64,000 nucleotides of DNA, from NCBI GenBank assembly GCA_025558095.1, contig JAIVFI010000022.1, positions 124,001 through 188,000 on the forward strand, read 5' to 3'. Positions 57,101-64,000 of this stretch are shown one piece after another; position 1 is the stretch's first letter; every line of letters starts with the position of its first letter. The DNA comes from Hyaloraphidium curvatum SAG 235-1. Its lineage: Eukaryota > Fungi > Monoblepharomycota. Under the pieces are notes generated by a model, which saw nothing but the letters and a program-made list of their open reading frames with translations, did no database searches and was not told the origin of the DNA. Both the position numbers and the translations under genes were made by a program.

Positions 57101-57997
57101 CTAAGGCACCAAGCTCCACTCCCAGCTCGGCGCGGCCTCGAACGCGGCCCTGATGGACCTCGGCCTAGCCCCGTCCACGTCCGCGAACCCGTACTCCTCC
57201 CCCAGCTCCGCCGTCACCTGCACCGTCCCCGTCCTTTCCATCACCTTGGGATCGGCGGCGAGCGCGGCGACCGCGCGCCCGACAAACACCGGCGACTCGG
57301 AGTTGGAAAAGTCGAACACGCACGCGCGTAGTGTGCCCTCGGTGCGCACCAGGCCCGGGTACAGCGAGACGGCGGCCACGTGGTGCTGGCGGAGGTGGTT
57401 CGCGAACGCCGCGGCCATGCGGTCGTCGGCGTTCTTGGCGAGGTGGTACGGCACGTTCTCCCCGCCCCTGTGCGCGGAGCCGGAGAAGTAGCTCACGTTG
57501 ACCACCAGCCCCGGCTTCTCAGCCGATGCCGACCGGATCATCAGGGGGGCAGCCAGCTGGGTAGTCGTGTAGTGCGCCCGCACGGAACCGAGCATGTCGT
57601 CCAGCATCCGCGCGGGCTGCTCCCAGAAGGGCGCGGCCCAGAGGAGGCCGCGGTCGTCCATGAGTTGCATGCCTTCGTACCCCGACCAGACGTTGTTGAC
57701 GAGGAGGTCCAGCCTCCCGGCGCGTTTCTCGAGCTCTGCGATCGCCGCGCGGACGTGCGCGTCGTCCGAGTGGTCGCACCTGAGGGGGATTATTTGCCCC
57801 CTTGCGCCGGACGCCTCGCACTCTGCCGCCGCGTCCTCCAGGCTCCCCGCCAGCATCGGCAGCTCCGGGTTGCGCCCCTTTAGCGTGCGTGCGGAGGCGA
57901 ACACGGTCGCGCCGGCCTGCGCGAGGGCGAGCGCGACGCCGCGGCCCACGCCCCGAGACGCGCCCGTGACGAGCGCGACGCGGCCTTCGAGGGACAT
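57101..57997 (-). CDS. Short-chain dehydrogenase/reductase (DHRS1-like)
   Basis: VALVTGASRGVGRG, CDHSDD, LLVNNVW, PFWEQP, YHLAK, SLYPGLVRTE, ESPVFVGRAV. Confidence 0.9.
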   Translation of the reverse strand: MSLEGRVALVTGASRGVGRGVALALAQAGATVFASARTLKGRNPELPMLAGSLEDAAAECEASGARGQIIPLRCDHSDDAHVRAAIAELEKRAGRLDLLVNNVWSGYEGMQLMDDRGLLWAAPFWEQPARMLDDMLGSVRAHYTTTQLAAPLMIRSASAEKPGLVVNVSYFSGSAHRGGENVPYHLAKNADDRMAAAFANHLRQHHVAAVSLYPGLVRTEGTLRACVFDFSNSESPVFVGRAVAALAADPKVMERTGTVQVTAELGEEYGFADVDGARPRSIRAAFEAAPSWEWSLVP

Positions 57998-58284
57998 TGG
58001 AAGGGTGCTGCGCCGCGATTCCGGGCGGGCCGTTGCGGCGAGGCGGCGGGGAGACGTTGAGACGGACGCATCGGCAACAAGCAAACAGAGCCACGTGCGG
58101 CCGCTCTCCCTCGATCGCGAGTCCGGCGCCCGATCATCTTCTTATCCTCCGTCCGGCCTTCTGCTTCCCCGACTTTGGTCGTTACCCCCGTGGATTCTGT
58201 TTGGTTCCGGCCGGCCGGTCGCCTCCGGAAGGGCCGACGCCCGACAGCCTGCAGACGCCGAGGGATTTCGCCGTCGGCATTGAG

Positions 58285-60331
58285 ATGCCAACGAGCGGGC
58301 CGGCGGCGGCGGATCCCGGCGGGCAGGCGGACGCCGCGGAGGGAGCTTCCCGCGGACGGCCGCGCCTGGCGTGCGAGCGGTGCTTCCGCGGCCGCAAAAG
58401 ATGCGTCTGGCCGGACGACCCCGCGCGCCCGTGCGACCGCTGCGACCGGCTGGGCCACAAGTGCGAGCCGCGGGACGCGGGGAACCCCGCGCGGGGGAGG
58501 GAGAGCGGGTCGGGGACGCTCAGCGCGGGCTCGGCGGCGGACGCGCGGACTGAAGCGTCGGCCCGCGAAAGCGGCAGCGCCTCTCCCGGTCCGGCCTTGC
58601 CCTCGGGCGACCTGCTGGCGCGGGAGGATATTCTTTTCGCCTGCATCTCGATTTATTGGGAGACGACGCACGTGCCGGTGCCGGTTGTTCACAGGGCCAC
58701 CTTCGAGGCCGCCTTCCTCCGCGGCGCCTCAGACGTGTACGGCCCCCACAAACCAGCGGCGCTGCTCTGCATGCTCGCCGCGCACGGCGCAACGTTTGCA
58801 TCCTTGCCCGGCCTCTCCCGCGACGCGCACCAGACGCTCGCCTGCCTGTACGCCGACCGGGCCAGGGACCTGCTCGCGGCCGGGCGCCACGGCCCTGGTC
58901 CGCCGACCGTGTCCGACGTCGAGTACGCGCAGGTGCTCGTGCTCCTCGTGAGGCACTACGTTTCGCAGGGCGGCCCCACCGAGGCCGCGGCGCTGCGCGA
59001 CCAATCGTCGGACCTGCTGGACGGCGTGCTGCGACGGGCGACGGGACCCGACGGCACGCCGTTCGGCGGCTCTTTCGCGCCCACGGACCCCGCGGAGTGG
59101 GTCCGCTCCGAAATCTTCATGCGCTGCGCCGTCACCGCGGGCCACAGCGACGCCAACACCGCGGCGGTGCTCCAGCGGCGCGCAGGGACGGCCCGCTTCG
59201 ACTACTACTCCGGCCGCGTGCCGATGCCGTGCCACGACATCTACTTCGAACTCCCCTCGGCCGAGGACGCGTTCCGAATCCTCTCCTCCCGCGACCACCC
59301 CCGCTCCGTCGCCAACCCCGCCCCCTTCCTCGCCCCTGAACCCAACTTTGCCCTCTGCGCCGCCCTCGCGCGGCACCTCGTCTCCTCCCTCTTCTCCCTC
59401 CGCGCCGGCCGCCTCGTCCTCCCGTACCTCTTCGACCTCCTCACGGGCCTGCAGACCCGCGCCCGCGCCGCCGCCGCCCGCGAGGGCATCGACCCCCTCG
59501 CCCTGGCCTCGCAGCCCCCCGAACTCGACACCCCGACCGAGGCCGCGCAGCGCAGGAGGACGGAGCTCGCCGCCCGCCTCGCGGGCGAGATCCTCCGCGC
59601 CTTCCCATCCCCCGCCGGCGACGCGCTGGCCGAGGGCGACCCCGCGCCGCTGTTCTCGATCGCCGAAACCCACCTGGGCGGCGAGCCCGCGGTGCACGCG
59701 GTGTGTTCCATGGCCGCCGGCTTCCACACGCTCGCCATATCGGCGTGGGTGCAGGGCGACCCGTCGTCCGCGTCGCCCGCCTTCTTCTCGTCCGCCCCCT
59801 TGGCGGCCGCGTTGGAGGGGGGGATCGCCGCCGCGAGGGTGATGGCCTTCCAGCTGGCCCGCTCGCCCGGTTCCGTGCCGGGGAGGTGCCACCAGACGGC
59901 GTTCCTGGCCGCGGTGCGGACGCTCACCCTGCAGGCCGCCGTGGCGCGGGCGGGGGGTGCGGAGCGGGTGGCGGAGGACGCGGGGGCCGCGATGGCGTAC
60001 GCGACGGCGTTTGCGGAGGCGTATCCGGCAGGTGGGTCTCTTGGTTGCCGCGGGGATCGGAAGCGGGGCTGACGCCGACTTCCGGGTGGCAGGGAGGAAA
60101 CCGGTGCGGGATCTGCTTGCCCTTTTTGCGACTGCGGGGCTGGACCTCGCGCGGGGCGGATCGTCGCCGGCCGCCCGCGCCGTCCCCGATGTCCTGCCCC
60201 CGGGGGCGCATGGCGACGCGGCGGTGGAGGAGCTGACGCGGAGGTTCGCGGCGACGGTGATGGTGTCGGAGGAGCTGCTGGGGCGGGTCGTGGGCCGCGC
60301 CGGGGAAGGGGACGAGGCGGGCGGGCCGTGA
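58285..60331 (+). CDS. Zn(II)2Cys6 transcription factor with fungal middle-homology region; intron 60032-60092
   Basis: ACERCFRGRKRCVW...PCDRCDRLGHKC; YWE....PVVHRATF. Confidence 0.88.
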
Positions 60332-60624
60332 TGGGGCGGGATACCGGACTCCCGTCGGCGGGCTGTGCAAAGGACGTGAGGGCGCGGCGGATTGGCTCGT
60401 GGAGGGCAGCGCTCTATTCCCCCAATCTACGTCCCAAGTATCCAACGCCAAATTGTCAATTCTCCTCTCGTGTGCCCGCCTCCGATGTCCACGGGCAGAC
60501 GGCCCGGCGACGCCGCACTCAAACACTTGCGAGGCCCGTTCTCCGGGCAGCATCCCTGGTAGAGTCCGTCGACGAGGGTCAGAGCTCCCGGGTAGGAGCT
60601 GGACGTCCTGCAGTAGAGCGTCGC

Positions 60625-61506
60625 CTAACCGTTCCTCAGCACCTTGACCAGCGCCGCGGCATCCTCCCCGCCGATCCCCATGTCGACGCCCTTCTGCCAC
60701 AGCCCCACGAGGGACTCGGCGAACCCACCCGGGATCTTGAGCGTCTCGGCGTGGGCCACGACCTTGCTCGCGGCCCCGTGCCACGTCGCCACCGACACCT
60801 CCGTCCCGGCAAAATCGCCGGTCCCGATCTTTTCCACGATCCTGTCTACCTCGGCCCCCAGCAGCCCCGACACGCCCCGCAGCACGCCCGCGATGGCGGG
60901 CAGCGGCACCCCCTCGGCCTCGGCGAACCGCGCCGCGTGCGCCGCGGCGACGGTGACCGAGCACGACAGGTTGAGCATGGCGAGGTCGACGGCGGCGGCG
61001 GTGCCGATGGCCGTGCCGTAATGGGTGGGAACGCCCATGGTCTCAAGCGGGGCGAGCACGGCTTCGTACGCGTCCGTCGGGCCGGACAGGGCGATGGCCG
61101 CGTCCTGCGTGCCGGCCGAGAGCGGGTAGAAGAAAAGCTTCCCGTCGACTAGACGGGCGCCGATTTCGGCGCAGCGTGCGTCCAGCTCGCGGGCCTCGGC
61201 TGGCGTGCATGTGGCAAAGTTGACCAGCACCTTGGATTTCGCGGCGTCGGCGGCCTCGGGCGCCTTCAGAATGGCCAGAAACGCGTCGACGTCCCCCAGA
61301 ACCGAGAAGACGGCGCCCGACGCGGCGATGGCTCCGGCGGGCGTCGCGAACGCGGTCGCCCCATCGGCGACGAGTGCTTCGGCCTTTGCGGGGGTGCGGT
61401 TCCACGCGGCCACCGCGTGGCCCTTCTTCAGCAGGGCGCGGGCGAGGGCGGCGCCCATGGCGCCGGTCCCGATGACGGCGCAGGGGATCGGAGCCGCGGG
61501 CGGCAT
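60625..61506 (-). CDS. NAD(P)-dependent oxidoreductase, imine-reductase-like, copy B
   Basis: IGTGAMGAA, WNRTPAKAEAL, AAAVDLAML. The C-terminus LWQKGVDMGIGGEDAAALVKVLR is identical to copy A. Confidence 0.85.
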   Translation of the reverse strand: MPPAAPIPCAVIGTGAMGAALARALLKKGHAVAAWNRTPAKAEALVADGATAFATPAGAIAASGAVFSVLGDVDAFLAILKAPEAADAAKSKVLVNFATCTPAEARELDARCAEIGARLVDGKLFFYPLSAGTQDAAIALSGPTDAYEAVLAPLETMGVPTHYGTAIGTAAAVDLAMLNLSCSVTVAAAHAARFAEAEGVPLPAIAGVLRGVSGLLGAEVDRIVEKIGTGDFAGTEVSVATWHGAASKVVAHAETLKIPGGFAESLVGLWQKGVDMGIGGEDAAALVKVLRNG

Positions 61507-61630
61507 CGTGTCGAGTGTTGACCGCGGTGGCGGTGCGATGGGGCGGCGATCGGGCGGAGCTGGGCATGCACCCTCCTTCGATCCGCGACGAAAGATAAGG
61601 ATCGAAACTTGAATTGAAGCGGCTCTGTCT

Positions 61631-62818
61631 TTACGGCTCCGACTGCGCGTCCCCGGACGCGCTCCCGCCGTCGGATGTCTCCGAATCATCCCCACCTTGC
61701 GATCCCGGGCCGTCCTCGGCGGCGCCTCCATCTTCCGAGCCTTCCTCAGCTGCGAGGGCATCCCGGTTCCGCACTGCCCACTCCATCTGCCGCCAAAATG
61801 CCTGGGTCTCCTCGTCCGCACCGCCGTCCTCCACCACGAGCGTCCGCAGCGCCGGCAGCGAGCGCAGCAGCGGCACGATCGCCCCCCTTTCCCACTGCGA
61901 CAGGGGCCCGATTCGCAGGTCCTCCAGCCGGAGCGACTCCAGCGAGCGCGGCATGCGGAGGAGCACGGATGTCAGGGAGGTGAAATCCGGCAGGGAGAGC
62001 ACGGCGGCGTCGCGGACGGTGCGCATGCGCCGGAGGGCTTCCAGTTCGGACGTGTAGATCAGGGCCCGGTGCGCAGGGTCGTAGACCGGCGTGTCGGTCG
62101 GGTAAACGACGATGCTGCGGAGAGCGATGCCGGGGATGGAGTCGATGATCTGGCGGAAAGCTTCGGGAACGCCCCAGAGGGCCGTCATGCTGCGAACCAC
62201 GTGGTCCGGCAGGGGCAGGTGAGGCCCCTGGTACTCGTGCCAGCAGGCTTCCCAATCGACGCTCAACCTCAGGTTGCGGATGCCTTGGTGCAGGCCGGCG
62301 GCGAGCGTCCACAGGCCCCTCCACGAGTCGCGGGCGCAGACGATGTCGACGTCGAGGACGTTGGGCGGCACGGCGAGCTCCCCGAGGCGGTCTCCCGTGC
62401 CGTCCTCGCACTGCAGGCACAGGCGGACCAGGCTGCGGGCCCGCGCGATCGCATCCGTCAGGTGGAGCGCGCTGGCCGCCGTGAAGCCCGCCGAGAGCTC
62501 CACAAGATGCGGCGCCGCGAGCTGCACCAGGCGCGCGCGCCGCCGGTCGAGCCCGGTGACGCCGAGCCGCGTGAGCTGCAGCCGCCGCACCCACGCAGCG
62601 GGCTGGCCGCGGATGAGGAAGTCGAGCTGGGACGGGGCGGGGTCGCGCACGTCGCGGTGGAGCACGGGGAGCACAAGCGGGAGAAGTCGGCCGCACGTGC
62701 GGCCGAGCCGCGACAGGGCCTTCGGGTCCCCGCGGGGCTTGGCTACGAACTCGGCCATCAAAGTGATGAGCTCGGGAGGCAGGTCAGAGAGTGCAGGGGC
62801 GGGCTCCGGGGCGGACAT
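61631..62818 (-). CDS. F-box-like/LRR protein
   Basis: LSDLPPELITLMAEF...LSRLGRTCGRL, then LRR-like LxxLxL repeats (LRSLPALRTLVV, SLESLRLEDL) and an acidic tail. Confidence 0.7.
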   Translation of the reverse strand: MSAPEPAPALSDLPPELITLMAEFVAKPRGDPKALSRLGRTCGRLLPLVLPVLHRDVRDPAPSQLDFLIRGQPAAWVRRLQLTRLGVTGLDRRRARLVQLAAPHLVELSAGFTAASALHLTDAIARARSLVRLCLQCEDGTGDRLGELAVPPNVLDVDIVCARDSWRGLWTLAAGLHQGIRNLRLSVDWEACWHEYQGPHLPLPDHVVRSMTALWGVPEAFRQIIDSIPGIALRSIVVYPTDTPVYDPAHRALIYTSELEALRRMRTVRDAAVLSLPDFTSLTSVLLRMPRSLESLRLEDLRIGPLSQWERGAIVPLLRSLPALRTLVVEDGGADEETQAFWRQMEWAVRNRDALAAEEGSEDGGAAEDGPGSQGGDDSETSDGGSASGDAQSEP

Positions 62819-62989
62819 TGTGCGCGGGTTTGTGGTGACGTGGCAGAGAATCACCAGTGGTTGCAAACAAGTCAAGAGATTGGCCGCCCCAATCACACGC
62901 ATGCAATGGCACGAGACGTCGCCTCCTGTACAGGATCTCGTCATCGGCCCTGCGTGATCCGTCCCGCGAAGAGGCGGGTTTCGCCTCAG

Positions 62990-63574
62990 TCAGCACCTCA
63001 GCTCCTCCCTGATCTGGGCGATCTGCCTCCCCCCGAACCGCGCCTCCGCCTCCCGCGCCACGACGCTCCTCGTTTTCATCCTGTCGACGTACAGCACCCC
63101 GTCGAGGTGGTCCACCTCGTGCTGCAGGATCCGCGCCGGCCACCCCGACGCGCGCCACGCGACCGGGTTGCCGTCCGCGTCCGCGCCCGCGACTTCAACC
63201 TCGAGCGCGCGCTCCACCAGCGCCGCGTAGCCGGGCACTGAAAGACAGCCCTCGAAGAACACTGCAGTCGCGTCCCCGATCTTCGTCAGCACGGGGTTCA
63301 CCACCACCCGCGTGCCGGTCTCCACCCGGCCCCTCTCCTCCCTCTCCGCCGGCGTCAACCGCGCCATCCTTTTCTCCGTGTCCTCGACAACAATGACCCG
63401 CCACGGCTCGCCGATCTGCGGCGCGGCGATGCCGACACCCGGCGCGGCGCGCAGCGATTCGAGCATCCGCGAGACGAGCGCGCGGAGACCGGGGGTGCCG
63501 AGCATCGAGGCGGGGACGGGGCGCGCGGGGGCGCGGAGGACGGGGTCGCCGGCGACGACGATGGGGTCGGGCAT
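62990..63574 (-). CDS. def: Peptide deformylase (type 1A-like)
   Basis: GDPVL, GVGIAAPQIG, EGCLS, QHEVDHLDG; intronless. Confidence 0.92.
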   Translation of the reverse strand: MPDPIVVAGDPVLRAPARPVPASMLGTPGLRALVSRMLESLRAAPGVGIAAPQIGEPWRVIVVEDTEKRMARLTPAEREERGRVETGTRVVVNPVLTKIGDATAVFFEGCLSVPGYAALVERALEVEVAGADADGNPVAWRASGWPARILQHEVDHLDGVLYVDRMKTRSVVAREAEARFGGRQIAQIREELRC

Positions 63575-63663
63575 CGCGGGTGGCGGGGAAGCGGGATGGG
63601 AGCACCCTCGGGGTGTGCAAACTCTGGGACGAGCGTGCCAAAGGCAGCATCCAGCCGTCAGGC

Positions 63664-64000
63664 TCACGAGCCCGGGCACACCGACTCGATCGTGAAGCTC
63701 ACCCCCGCCCCCCTGAGCACGCTCCACAGCGCCACCGACAGCGTCACGGTGGTCACCAAGAGCGTCTTTGCGAGCCCCCAGGTCACCACGATCCCCACGA
63801 AGGTCGCCCGCAGGTTGTCCGCGGCGCACAGGGACGTCAGCAGGACGACGTGTTCCCGAAGCTCTGCGGCAGCGGGCTGCCCGTGCACCCTTGCGGCCTC
63901 GGCGAGCATGGCCTGGAGCGCGGTGCGCGCATCGAGGTAGAGTGACCGGACGTCGTCGATCTGGTCGTTGGCGGCGGGAAGCTGCGCGAGGTCGACGCAG
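63664..64000 (-). CDS. 7-TM membrane protein, paralogue 3, C-terminal part only (5' end outside the window)
   Basis: AANDQIDDVRSLY...ATFVGIVVTWG...LVTTVTLSVALW..LRGAGV...ESVCPGS*. Confidence 0.72.
   Translation of the reverse strand, partial: CVDLAQLPAANDQIDDVRSLYLDARTALQAMLAEAARVHGQPAAAELREHVVLLTSLCAADNLRATFVGIVVTWGLAKTLLVTTVTLSVALWSVLRGAGVSFTIESVCPGS

Noticed and set aside
54353-61506. Inverted IRED copies as terminal inverted repeats of a transposon
   Set aside because: Similarity is confined to the coding sequence with many synonymous differences. No transposase or TSD was seen.
1-64000. Hundreds of long overlapping Arg/Pro/Ala-rich ORFs in the track (e.g. 685-1488, 5971-7335, 28130-29734, 54513-55847, 61697-63241)
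   Set aside because: These are shadow or antisense frames of real genes, expected when stop codons are rare in very GC-rich DNA. They carry no recognisable motifs.

Overview
This is GC-rich, gene-dense eukaryotic DNA. Spliceosomal introns are short (~55-60 nt; GT/GC donors, CTRAC-like branch points, YAG acceptors). It is most likely an early-diverging fungus: a Zn2Cys6 factor, fungal DOPA dioxygenase and PTPS are present, and a Monoblepharidomycete such as Hyaloraphidium is my inference. About 33 protein-coding loci can be supported. Housekeeping and metabolic genes include SmD3, BAP31, acyl-CoA thioesterase, a 4CL-like ligase, a P450, two Baeyer-Villiger monooxygenases and an S10 carboxypeptidase. 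Many genes look bacterial: a NeuD/PglD acyltransferase, a GSDH+NPCBM protein, an ATP-grasp protein, two imine-reductase-like genes, peptide deformylase and a membrane P-loop NTPase. Most notable: (1) three paralogues of a 7-TM family with the topology and C-terminal signature of insect gustatory/odorant-receptor-like ion channels; (2) a spliced 2-TM protein with ENaC/ASIC/PAC-like motifs; (3) a compact cassette of a 7-TM gene, an SDR and a Zn2Cys6 factor bracketed by inverted IRED-like genes; (4) short, near-identical gene-fragment duplications and a structured non-coding tract at 43.9-44.4 kb inside decayed F-box/LRR sequence. No rRNA, tRNA, CRISPR array or intact transposase was recognised. 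All family calls come from motif recognition by eye, not from database searches.
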